From positions 36,087 to 100,086 of the forward strand of contig JAFYSJ010000002.1 of NCBI GenBank assembly GCA_017559445.1: 64,000 bases of DNA. Reading direction: 5' to 3'. The translations under genes and the position numbers were made by a program. Numbering within the stretch: the stretch's first letter is position 1; each line of letters begins with the position of its first letter. Of this stretch, positions 39,701 through 47,733 are shown one piece after another. The notes under the pieces were generated by a model. That model did no database searches, was not told the DNA's origin, and saw only the letters and a list, made by a program, of their open reading frames with translations. The stretch is from Clostridia bacterium (GTDB lineage Bacteria; Bacillota; Clostridia; RGIG7378).

Positions 39701-39791
39701 CTGTGTCTGCTGCAAATGAAACTGCTACACCTGCAACACAAACAATTGTCAATGCCAAGAAAACAGCAATGAATTTGGTCCATTTTGACAT
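36726..39791 (-). CDS. Giant secreted protein (1021 aa): N-terminal unknown domains of about 560 aa fused to a C-terminal domain resembling a family-1 carbohydrate solute-binding protein
   Basis: Signal peptide MSKWTKFIAVFLALTIVCVAGVAVSFA. The C-terminal half (VRVWITTGRDQSNILKALIDDTF...WNWSLVPG...) resembles sugar solute-binding proteins. It is the first gene of the locus, with RBS gaggaagaga. Confidence 0.6.
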   Translation of the reverse strand: MSKWTKFIAVFLALTIVCVAGVAVSFAADTDAGNSANGEVDSTGDVGSDDFTGEGITIESILNDPAYIDMNSYAYYISHVKSTVKPTDVIKVTPADLDTENSYGFSVVDNYNGYKGGSAVKTDEVSSVTYKFTVQTSGLYQVFVEYSPTEGKGSDAERKFLINGELPFFDAGTVLFVRTWKNKEVTATNKNPVTGFAVDNRDNDIRPGLVEDPIWNGAYITDPNGYYVEPYYFYLEAGENTITFEATKEPVVIGQITIANRVSAPTYETYLSQLTNKNVVDGYFKKYEAELTNRTSSTTLIAQSNRSSANVTPYSVSKIRYNTIGGETWNTSGQWIEYVIEVPEDGLYCLTLKYRQNIARGNYSTRILTIDGSVPFAECENLQFEYENKWVNMTIGDDAGNPYTFYLTKGTHTIRLEASIGDMTTLITKANELVNLLNVCYRKILMITGTTPDTYADYQLDKKLPGVILIFENTANELDKMIEDLLILTDGEKGDKVGTLQTLSKQLRQLVAKPENIPKALDQLKTNIGSLSTWMINMASTPLEMDCFYVTSEDQIAELPRAHDRWWQSIAHEFSAFINSFFNDYSSIGNVYEEDGNSSSVRVWITTGRDQSNILKALIDDTFVPNTEASGHPIYVNLQLVTGGNLLPAVVAGIGPDVVVQVWCTEPVNYAIRSAAYDLTQFDDYEEIAKRFNDSALEALKFEGANGHVGVYGLPETETFPMLFYRTDVLDELNIEVPNTWTDVINILPDLAEHNLAFGLASMSDVATTLSIYSMFLYQHGGQLYTDDGTQTAMDSDEAIEAFKLLCLFYTDYGCEVTYDFLNRFRIGEMPIGISDYSLYNTLSVFAPEIRGKWNWSLVPGVERVDENGNTYIDRSVASAGNACMMLAATEDPDASWEFMKWWTSADTQVKFGKNLESVMGSAARYATANLEAFDQISWTTKDHAMILEQWDWAQGIPQLPGSYFTSRHLSNAFRKCVYNKVDPRETLIEYLRTINDEITNKRIEFGLPTADDIAAGKNGN

Positions 39792-39916
39792 GTCTCTTCC
39801 TCGCTTTGTGTGTATTTCTTAGGCTTTCGTCGCTTTCTACAAAAACAAAGAAAACCCCGTTCAGTTTAGCACGGGATTTGGGAAAAGTCAACAATTAAAA
39901 GGGGGAAAATATATCA

Positions 39917-39938
39917 ATTGTGACAAAAAAGTCACAAT
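39917..39938. promoter_or_regulatory. Perfect inverted repeat ATTGTGAC-N6-GTCACAAT in the divergent promoter region between the sugar locus and the M23 peptidase gene
   Basis: attgtgacaaaaaagtcacaat, with 8-bp arms (TGTGA-N8-TCACA core). Confidence 0.45.
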
Positions 39939-40106
39939 TTAGGAATTAACATAAATATAGATTTGTATATAAGAATAATACCCCTACAGTTATTCAATGT
40001 CAATAAAACAAGGGCCTTCTTTTGCACTTATTTTTGTGAATTTACAATATCTTTGACACCGCCATTTTGTATATATATAATTTTCCTTCAGGAGGATTAT
40101 GGAAAC

Positions 40107-40976
40107 ATGACATCAAACCGCAGATTTTTCGCCATTTGGGCCCTTATTTCTACATCTATATGTATTATATTAGCAGTTTCGCTAGTTGTTTTTACGACAA
40201 ATTCCGACAAGGTTATTAAGAATCTTGAACAACAAAATTCCACAAGTGCCAGCACATCAGCTTCACTGTCACAGGAATTGTCTAATTTGCAGACAGAACT
40301 TGACCTTTACCAAAATGCACAAGATTTATTTAACCTAAATTTTGCTACAACTTCCAATTCTAGCTCCATCCACAGCTATTCACAGGTAGCATTGCAAAAC
40401 GGAATCAGCGGATCTTTAGCAACTCCCAGCATTCCAGGCGTTGAGGCCTCTATCGATACTGTTTGGGAAGCCCTGCAGGTAATCAAATGGGCATATACAG
40501 AGAATTCTCTTTCTCATAAGTACGTTTCATCTGCAGATGTCTCCTCTGTTCTTAACGGAACAACCAATATTATGAACACCTTGGAGCATTATCCTGATCT
40601 GTGGCCCACAGATGGTGGTTACATAACATCCTACTTTGGATATCGAGCAGACCCCTTCACTGGCCAGACTAAATACCACAGCGGTGTGGATATTGCAGTT
40701 AACACTGGCACAAACGTATATGCATCAGGTGCTGGTAAAGTTTACTACGCAGGCTACGACGAGGGTGGATATGGTTATTTTGTTATGATTGACCACGGCA
40801 ACGGCCTTATTTCCCTGTACGGACACCTTTCCAAGATTAAGGTTACCACAGGACAGACTGTTTCAAAGGGACAAGTTATTGCTCTTTCAGGTAACACAGG
40901 TCGAAGCACAGGTCCTCACCTTCATGCCGAGCTTAGAATTAACGGTGTAAGGTCAACTCCAAAATTTCCACATTAA
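40107..40976 (+). CDS. M23 family (LytM-like) peptidoglycan endopeptidase with an N-terminal TM anchor
   Basis: HSGVDIA...GYGYFVMIDHGNGLISLYGHL...GNTGRSTGPHLHAELRING. Start set at MTSNRRFF with RBS ggagga. Confidence 0.8.
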   Translation: MTSNRRFFAIWALISTSICIILAVSLVVFTTNSDKVIKNLEQQNSTSASTSASLSQELSNLQTELDLYQNAQDLFNLNFATTSNSSSIHSYSQVALQNGISGSLATPSIPGVEASIDTVWEALQVIKWAYTENSLSHKYVSSADVSSVLNGTTNIMNTLEHYPDLWPTDGGYITSYFGYRADPFTGQTKYHSGVDIAVNTGTNVYASGAGKVYYAGYDEGGYGYFVMIDHGNGLISLYGHLSKIKVTTGQTVSKGQVIALSGNTGRSTGPHLHAELRINGVRSTPKFPH

Positions 40977-40983
40977 AAGCAAA

Positions 40984-41020
40984 AAGACGAGTTGGAATAT
41001 TTCCTTCTCGTCTTTTTTAG
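40984..41020 (+). terminator. Rho-independent terminator after the M23 peptidase gene
   Basis: Hairpin aagacgagttggaatatttccttctcgtctt plus TTTTT. Confidence 0.6.
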
Positions 41021-41068
41021 TATTTAGTGTTGGACGTTTAGTGTCCCGTCTTATGCTAGAACTGGAAT

Positions 41069-41605
41069 TTACTTAGTTCTATTTTCAGCCCATTCATCAA
41101 TTTTATCGCGGATGAAAATATAACTATCACCTACAACAAAATATGTTCCCTCGAGTTCTCCTGAAGACAATAGTTCATCTATATCGTCACTATAGATGCC
41201 AAGGTATCGAGCCACATCGTACTTGTCCATATAGTTGTCAAATTGCTCTCCCTGGTCTTCTAGGTCTACAGATATATATCCAGGCACCTGTGTTGTTTCG
41301 GGCAGCTCTTCGCTAATAAGATACCCTGCTACAATAATGCTGATACCAATAACACATGAACCCAAAAATGTTGCAACACCACTATTCTTCATACTTTTCT
41401 TTCCTTTCGAATCAGTTTTTTCCATTGGATACTTAATTCTAATGTACAACAGCAATCCCGAACACGCCAAAACCAAAGCAAGATAAGCGCAATATAATCC
41501 AAAGTTCCCATATGGATTTACAATAGACACTATAATTACGATTGCTCCAGTGACAAGCATAAGCATTAATAGTCCTACGATAAGGTTTCTTTTGTTGTTT
41601 TCCAT
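41069..41605 (-). CDS. Membrane protein (3 TM segments) with a C-terminal excisionase/MerR-like helix-turn-helix
   Basis: 178 aa. C-terminus DKYDVARYLGIYSDDIDELLSSGELEGTYFVVGDSYIFIRDKIDEW resembles the HTH_17 pattern (xxYLGvSxxTIyrlixxGeLPaxKIGxxwRIxxxxLdeW). Confidence 0.45.
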   Translation of the reverse strand: MENNKRNLIVGLLMLMLVTGAIVIIVSIVNPYGNFGLYCAYLALVLACSGLLLYIRIKYPMEKTDSKGKKSMKNSGVATFLGSCVIGISIIVAGYLISEELPETTQVPGYISVDLEDQGEQFDNYMDKYDVARYLGIYSDDIDELLSSGELEGTYFVVGDSYIFIRDKIDEWAENRTK

Positions 41606-41612
41606 TCTGATT

Positions 41613-41813
41613 TTACTCCGTTACTTGTTCTGACTTTGATTTCTTCTTTTTGCGGATCTTGTTTATACAGCGCAGAAGCCATGCCCAACATATCAAAAAC
41701 CACAAACACATAAGTAGTGCATTCTCGTTATGCATGTATTTCAGGAGAATCACCATTCCGAATCCAATTGCTCCAACTGCAAACAAGATAACGCAAATTA
41801 TATCTTTTTTCAT
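41613..41813 (-). CDS. Small membrane protein (66 aa, 2 TM segments)
   Basis: MKKDIICVILFAVGAIGFGMVILLKY... ending in a KKKKSK tail. Directly upstream of the HTH membrane protein. Confidence 0.35.
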   Translation of the reverse strand: MKKDIICVILFAVGAIGFGMVILLKYMHNENALLMCLWFLICWAWLLRCINKIRKKKKSKSEQVTE

Positions 41814-41836
41814 AACAATCTCCTTTTCTTACACGG

Positions 41837-42010
41837 TCAAGTTTGCTTGTTCTTACACTTCTTAATAGCCATGCCTATTCCATAACCCGCAGCTATTCCT
41901 GCCAAAATACAAATCAGCGCCTTAACGATGTTGGTCAGAGCGATATATATAATTGCACAAACCACTCCCAACAAAAGATACAGCAGAATTTTCTTAGCAT
42001 TGTCGCTCAT
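41837..42010 (-). CDS. Small membrane protein (57 aa), absent from the ORF track
   Basis: Manual translation gives MSDNAKKILLYLLLGVVCAIIYIALTNIVKALICILAGIAAGYGIGMAIKKCKNKQT. No clear RBS, so confidence is low. Confidence 0.3.
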   Translation of the reverse strand: MSDNAKKILLYLLLGVVCAIIYIALTNIVKALICILAGIAAGYGIGMAIKKCKNKQT

Positions 42011-42250
42011 AAACGTCTCCCTACAAATCAGCTTGATATGTTTTAACGCAGAATAGTCCTGTAAAAAACCAATGTCAATTCAAAGAAAGACCATTTTCTA
42101 TTTCAATCCATTTTCGTTTCCATTTATTTCCAGTTATTATTCTGGCTGTCGACAAATTGAGACATTCACTTTTCCACGATTTCGAAGACAAAATAAAAAG
42201 ATCGAGCCCGGTTTAATCCCAAACTCAATCCTTGATTGTTATTTTGTTTT

Positions 42251-42432
42251 AGCAAGCTTTGCTTGCGGCCACTAGCCGAAGGCGATTCACTAGCGAATGC
42301 AATGAGCGGATACTAGCAAGCTCTGCTTGCGGCTCACTAGGACCGAAGGTCCGGCCTACTAGGCGTAGCCGGCTCACTAGCGCAGCGGCCTACTAGGCGT
42401 AGCCGGTTCACTAGCGCGAAGCGCGACCACTA
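42251..42432. repeat. CTAGTGAGCCGC-type mini-hairpin repeat array (locus E), abutting the pncB stop
   Basis: agcaagctttgcttgcggccactagccgaaggcgattcactagcgaatgcaatgagcggatactagcaagctctgcttgcggctcactagg... Confidence 0.7.
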
Positions 42433-43875
42433 TCTCTTAGACTTACTGCCTTCTCTAAGCAAGTTCCACTTAAGGTCGTACAACTTCTGAGACAAGTCAA
42501 CGTAGTACTTGTGAGGATTCTCAAATCTAAGAACGGAATCCCACATTGTTGCTACCTGCTCCTTGCAGTATGCCTGAATCTCCTGAGTTGTCTTGCGCTC
42601 GCATACTAACTGGCCCTTTTCAAAAAGCTTAACTCTAAGCTTCTTTGCGTGGAAGTCATATACGTCCTTGCGCTTCCATGTGTTCTCTGGATCGAAGATC
42701 TCATAATCCTGGCTATCGTCAATAACCTCGTCTGCCAATGTAATAACGTCAGCCAAAGCCTTGCCTGTCTGGTTATCGTAAAGTCTCCAAAGCTCCTTAA
42801 CACCTGGATTGTTAATCTTACCAATGTTTTCGCTGAGCTTAATCTTAGGCTCAATTGTTCCGTCCTGGTGTTCAATAGCGCAAAGCTTGTAAACACCGCC
42901 AAAAATAGGCTCAGACTGAGATGTAATAAGTCTCTCACCTACGCCGAAGGAATCAATAGGAGCTCCATCGCGAATAAGTTCACGAATTACATACTCATCA
43001 AGGGAGTTAGAAACGCAAATCTTACAATCTGGGTATCCAGCCTCGTCCAACATTCTGCGCACTTCCTTAGAAAGCCAACCCAAGTCACCGCTGTCGATAC
43101 GAACGCCTGCAGGTCTAGCACCCAAGGGCTTAAGGATTTCGTCAAAGCAACGAATTGCATTGGGAACACCAGACTTAAGAACGTTATATGTGTCGATAAG
43201 CAATGTACATGCATGAGGATATGTTCTAGCGTATGCACAGAAAGCCTCATACTCACTTGGGAAAGTCTGTACCCAGCTATGAGCCATTGTTCCCAAAGCA
43301 GGAATACCATACTCTCTGTCGGATAAAGTACATGCTGTTCCAGAACATCCGCCAATATATGCTGCTCTTGCACCCAAAATAGCTGCGCCAGAAGACTGAG
43401 CACGTCTGGAACCAAACTCCAAAACAGGTCTACCCTCTGCAGATCTGCAGATACGGTTAGCCTTTGTGCAAATCAAACTCTGATGGTTAATAACCAAGAG
43501 CACCATTGTTTCGATGAACTGAGCCTGAATAATAGGACCACGAACTGTCAAAATTGGCTCGCCTGGGAAAATAGGTGTACCCTCTGGAACGCACCATACA
43601 TCGCACTCAAACTTGAAGTTGCGCAAGTAATCCAAGAACTCAGGTGAGAAAATCTCCTTAGACTCAAGATATGCAATATCCTCATCTGTAAATGTGAGCT
43701 CCTGCAAATACTCGATAAGCTGGTCTACGCCACACATAATAGCCAAACCGCCTCCATCTGGAACTCTGCGGAAGAACATGTCAAAATATGCAATCTTCTC
43801 TGCCTGGCCCTGCTCCAAGTAGCCATTAGCCATAGTTAACTCATAAAAATCTGTAAGTAATGTTAAGTTCATCAT
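42430..43875 (-). CDS. pncB: Nicotinate phosphoribosyltransferase
   Basis: N-terminus LLTDFYELTMANGY. 481 aa, NAPRTase family. Confidence 0.85.
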   Translation of the reverse strand: MMNLTLLTDFYELTMANGYLEQGQAEKIAYFDMFFRRVPDGGGLAIMCGVDQLIEYLQELTFTDEDIAYLESKEIFSPEFLDYLRNFKFECDVWCVPEGTPIFPGEPILTVRGPIIQAQFIETMVLLVINHQSLICTKANRICRSAEGRPVLEFGSRRAQSSGAAILGARAAYIGGCSGTACTLSDREYGIPALGTMAHSWVQTFPSEYEAFCAYARTYPHACTLLIDTYNVLKSGVPNAIRCFDEILKPLGARPAGVRIDSGDLGWLSKEVRRMLDEAGYPDCKICVSNSLDEYVIRELIRDGAPIDSFGVGERLITSQSEPIFGGVYKLCAIEHQDGTIEPKIKLSENIGKINNPGVKELWRLYDNQTGKALADVITLADEVIDDSQDYEIFDPENTWKRKDVYDFHAKKLRVKLFEKGQLVCERKTTQEIQAYCKEQVATMWDSVLRFENPHKYYVDLSQKLYDLKWNLLREGSKSKR

Positions 43876-43876
43876 A

Positions 43877-44896
43877 CTATTCGGCCCTCTTACTCAATTC
43901 TGAAAGATTATCCATTGCAACACCTGTACCCTTTGCTACGCACATTTCGGGCTCATCTGCCACAATAACTCTAATACCAGTTCTATTCTGCAAGTACTTA
44001 TCCAAACCCTTAAGTCTAGCAGCACCGCCTGTCATGATAATGCCTCTCTCACTAATGTCTGCAGAAAGTTCTGGTGGAATCTTCTCCAAAACCATGCAAA
44101 CTGTGTCGGTAATTGTATCTGCGATTTCGTTAAGTGGCTCGTAAAGGTCTTCTGCTGAAACCTTAACAGACATTGGAAGTCCAGTTGCTGTGTTACGGCC
44201 CCTAACGTCCATGGTGTCGTCCTTGGATGGAGATGACAATGTACCAATTCGAATCTTAATATTTTCGGCTGTTCTGTCACCGATAAGAATGTTAAATCTC
44301 TTACGAAGGAATCTAACAATGGCCTCATCGAACTTATCGCCTGCAATCTTAACTGAGCTGCTCTCTACGATACCGCCCATGGAAATAACAGCAACGTCTG
44401 TTGTACCACCTCCGATATCTACGATCATGGAACCGCATGGCTTGGAAATATCAAGCCCCGCTCCCAACGCAGCTGCAACAGGCTCTTCCAAAATATATGT
44501 CTTACGTGCTCCACAATATTCTGCTGCCATAACTACAGCTCGCTTTTCTACCTCTGTGATACCGCAAGGAACACAAATAACAATACTTGGCCTGAACAAA
44601 ATTCTGCTGATATTGTTTTGACTTGTGGCTGTGTCCACAAATGTCTTGAGCATCTTCTTGGTAATCTCGTAGTCAGAGATAACACCATCTCTCAAAGGCT
44701 TAATGGCAACAACGTTACCTGTTGTTCTGCCTAGCAATCCATATGCTGCCTCGCCAACCTTGATAATTTCGTCAGTATCCTTGTTAACGGCAACGATGGA
44801 CATGTCGCTTAAAACGACGCCCTTATTCTTGTTATAGATTAAAACTGTGGATGTTCCCAGGTCGATACCCAGGGTAATACCAAAATCTATTTTCAT
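43877..44896 (-). CDS. Rod-shape-determining actin homologue of the MreB/Mbl family
   Basis: GIDLGTSTVLIY and DIGGGTTDVAVIS motifs. 339 aa. Confidence 0.85.
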   Translation of the reverse strand: MKIDFGITLGIDLGTSTVLIYNKNKGVVLSDMSIVAVNKDTDEIIKVGEAAYGLLGRTTGNVVAIKPLRDGVISDYEITKKMLKTFVDTATSQNNISRILFRPSIVICVPCGITEVEKRAVVMAAEYCGARKTYILEEPVAAALGAGLDISKPCGSMIVDIGGGTTDVAVISMGGIVESSSVKIAGDKFDEAIVRFLRKRFNILIGDRTAENIKIRIGTLSSPSKDDTMDVRGRNTATGLPMSVKVSAEDLYEPLNEIADTITDTVCMVLEKIPPELSADISERGIIMTGGAARLKGLDKYLQNRTGIRVIVADEPEMCVAKGTGVAMDNLSELSKRAE

Positions 44897-44906
44897 ATTT
44901 TCCTCG

Positions 44907-45386
44907 CTATCCCTTTACGCCAGTGCTGCCAAATCCGCCGCCTCTGTCTTCGCCAATAGATGCTACATCCTCACAAGGGATAATGTCAATTACTTCATAT
45001 TTATTAAGCACAAACTGTGCAATTCTATCTCCCTTTGAAATCACATATGTGCCAGGTCCACCTTCGGAAAGTGTGCGTCTCTTACGCTGCCATGGCCAGG
45101 ATGTGTTGTGGATAATAACTCCAACCTCTCCTCTATAGCCACTGTCTACTGTGCCGACGCCATTTGCAACTCTCAAAGGAGTCTTAAGGGATACGCCACT
45201 TCTGGCCCTCACCTGGAGCTCATATCCAACTGGTACTGCAACCTTGAGTCCTGTGGGAACAATGCATGTTTCGCCTGGCTTAATAACCATGTCCACGCAG
45301 GATGTCACATCCATACCTGCATCACCTGTGTGCTTGTACTGTGGAATCGCAGCATCTAGATGAATTTTCTGAAAATATACGTCCAT
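44907..45386 (-). CDS. dut: dUTP diphosphatase
   Basis: Motifs AGMDV, RSG and GTVDSGYRGE. 159 aa. Confidence 0.85.
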   Translation of the reverse strand: MDVYFQKIHLDAAIPQYKHTGDAGMDVTSCVDMVIKPGETCIVPTGLKVAVPVGYELQVRARSGVSLKTPLRVANGVGTVDSGYRGEVGVIIHNTSWPWQRKRRTLSEGGPGTYVISKGDRIAQFVLNKYEVIDIIPCEDVASIGEDRGGGFGSTGVKG

Positions 45387-46300
45387 TATAGTCCCCTTTC
45401 TCTTAGCATCTTAAGTGCCTCTTCCATATATCCTGGAACTCCTGAATCTATGGCCATGGGCTCCCCTGTAATTGGGTGATCAAATTCAATATGTTTTGCG
45501 TGGAGCAACTGTCCTCCAGCCTTAGCAAAAAGCTTATCCCCCTTGCCATAAAGTGGATCTCCTGCAACTGGATGGCCAATGTGGCTCATATGAACTCTAA
45601 TCTGATGAGTTCTACCTGTCAAAATCTCCACGTCCAAAAGCGTGTACTTATTAAATCTCTCCACAACAGTGTACAAAGTAATAGCCTGTCTACCATCTGG
45701 AAAAACGCCGTACTTAAGTCGGTTGCGAGGGTCTCTGCCAATAGGCTCCTCAATACGACCGCTGTCCTCTGTCCTGCCACAAACAAGAGCCAAATAATGT
45801 TTATGCACCTGTCTCTCTGCGAACATCTGAGACAACGCCTCGTGGGTTGGGTTATCCTTAGCAGAAATAATAACTCCAGAAGTATCCTTGTCCAGTCTAT
45901 GTACAATACCCGGTCTCACAACACCTCTAATGTCGGACAATCTACCCTGACAATGGTGAAGCAACGCATTGACCAATGTGCCATCGTGGTTGCCCGCTCC
46001 TGGATGCACTACCATGCCCTTAGGCTTATTAATTGCAATAAGGTGATGGTCCTCGTACAAAACATCCAATGGAATGTCCTGTGGCTCTGCCTCGTCTGGT
46101 ATTGGCTCTGGCAAATCTACCTGAACCTCCATGCCCACCTCAACCTTAAGACTAGGCTTAACAGGCTTACCACCAACAGACACCAACCCATCCTTAATGA
46201 GCTGCGCCACGTAGGATCTGGAATATCCATCCATCTGTCCTGTAAGCCATGCGTCTATGCGAAGGCCCTCTGTATTACTAACAAATAAGCATTGTTCCAT
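45386..46300 (-). CDS. rluD: RluA/RluD-family 23S rRNA pseudouridine synthase
   Basis: S4-like N-terminus and catalytic HRLDKDTSG motif. 304 aa. Confidence 0.85.
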   Translation of the reverse strand: MEQCLFVSNTEGLRIDAWLTGQMDGYSRSYVAQLIKDGLVSVGGKPVKPSLKVEVGMEVQVDLPEPIPDEAEPQDIPLDVLYEDHHLIAINKPKGMVVHPGAGNHDGTLVNALLHHCQGRLSDIRGVVRPGIVHRLDKDTSGVIISAKDNPTHEALSQMFAERQVHKHYLALVCGRTEDSGRIEEPIGRDPRNRLKYGVFPDGRQAITLYTVVERFNKYTLLDVEILTGRTHQIRVHMSHIGHPVAGDPLYGKGDKLFAKAGGQLLHAKHIEFDHPITGEPMAIDSGVPGYMEEALKMLRERGL

Positions 46301-46302
46301 AA

Positions 46303-46806
46303 TTAAGCCTGTCCCTTAAGGGCTGCAACCTCTGCCTCATCCTGCTCCTGACGACGCTTTTCGGCCTTGTCAAAGAAGAAAATAATATATACGCAAAGGA
46401 AAATAGTTCCACAAACAACGAGAATATCTGCAATGTTAAATGTGGGGAAATCGTATCCAAAAATATCGAATGCAAGGAAATCAACAACCTTACCCTGCCA
46501 TACTCTATCGATCAAATTACCGAGAGCTCCGCTAATAATAAGGCTCAAGCTCATCTTAACGTACTGGTCTCTAGAGAAAACCATGTATCTAACCATAACT
46601 GTAACCATAAGCAATGAAACCATTGTAAGAATCCATGTATGGTCTGCCAAAATAGACCATGCTCCTCCGGAGTTGGTCACATAATATATATCGAAAAAGC
46701 CGTTTATTACTGGGACGGTCTCGTAGAGATCCATAAATGCTCTAATCAAGAACTTAGAACCCTGATCAAGCAAAAGACCCATTATTATAATAAGTGCGGA
46801 TGCCAC
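46303..46806 (-). CDS. lspA: Lipoprotein signal peptidase (signal peptidase II)
   Basis: Motifs NSGGAW and FNIADI. 167 aa. The lspA-rluD adjacency is conserved. Confidence 0.85.
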   Translation of the reverse strand: MASALIIIMGLLLDQGSKFLIRAFMDLYETVPVINGFFDIYYVTNSGGAWSILADHTWILTMVSLLMVTVMVRYMVFSRDQYVKMSLSLIISGALGNLIDRVWQGKVVDFLAFDIFGYDFPTFNIADILVVCGTIFLCVYIIFFFDKAEKRRQEQDEAEVAALKGQA

Positions 46807-46871
46807 TAACTTTTCCTCCGAAACGTATAATCAAAATAATTTTATCAAATAGGATGGTCCGTTGCAATTAC

Positions 46872-47663
46872 TCACAACTCCACAACCCTATTTATCCTAA
46901 TAATCTCTCTACAAATACCCTTAACTGGATCAAGGTCAACCACAACTGCATTCACATGGCCCCTGCCTGTTGCTGGCTTATATCTGCACATCATACCTGT
47001 TGTAAGCTTATAAATAGAAAGCTCAGGCTCAACGCCCAAAATGCTGTCGTATGGTCCTGTCATACCAACATCTGTCAAAAGAGCTGTGCCCCTGGGGAGA
47101 ATTCTCTCATCTGCTGTCTGAACGTGAGTATGTGTACCAACTACTGCACCAACTCTACCATCAAGGTGCCATGCCATGGCTCCCTTTTCGGATGTGGCCT
47201 CTGCGTGAAAGTCCACGAAGATCATGTTTGTCTGTGTCTTAGCCTCCTTAACAAGCTTATCTGCACATGCAAATGGATCTCCCTGATTAAGTTCGCCACA
47301 GTTATGTCTACCAATCAAGTTTATGATGGCCACCTTTTCGCCATTTGGCAGTGTAAAAATCACCAATCCCTTACCTGGAAGATTCTCTGGCAAGTTGCCT
47401 GGTCTAATGAGTCTAGGATTGTTACTTACAAGATCATACGTATCATCCTTGGACCAAACATGGTTACCCAATGTAATAACATTTACACCTGCATCAAAGA
47501 TTTCTCTCATGGACTGGGCGTTGATACCAAGTCCTCCTGCAGAGTTTTCGCCATTGGCAACTACCATGTCCACGTTGAACTCTTTCTTCAGTTCTGGCAA
47601 TGTAGCCTTAAGGATGTCCTTTCCTGATTTTGCAACCAAATCTCCGTAAAATAGAAGTCTCAT
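46872..47663 (-). CDS. ymdB: YmdB-like metallophosphoesterase (TIGR00282)
   Basis: MRLLFYGDLV...GNH...GTHTHV motifs. Sits directly downstream of rny, as in Bacillus. Confidence 0.8.
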   Translation of the reverse strand: MRLLFYGDLVAKSGKDILKATLPELKKEFNVDMVVANGENSAGGLGINAQSMREIFDAGVNVITLGNHVWSKDDTYDLVSNNPRLIRPGNLPENLPGKGLVIFTLPNGEKVAIINLIGRHNCGELNQGDPFACADKLVKEAKTQTNMIFVDFHAEATSEKGAMAWHLDGRVGAVVGTHTHVQTADERILPRGTALLTDVGMTGPYDSILGVEPELSIYKLTTGMMCRYKPATGRGHVNAVVVDLDPVKGICREIIRINRVVEL

Positions 47664-47733
47664 TTTGTCTCCCTCTAGTTATAGAAAAGGACGTGAATTA
47701 ACACGCCCTGTCCATTTCGTAAATTGTATTGTA

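Noticed and set aside
39792-40106. ORF-track N-terminal extension of the M23 peptidase (start at 39963)
   Set aside because: The extended N-terminus is a low-complexity read-through of the AT-rich promoter region. The ATG at 40107 follows ggagga and yields a typical TM-anchored M23 protein.
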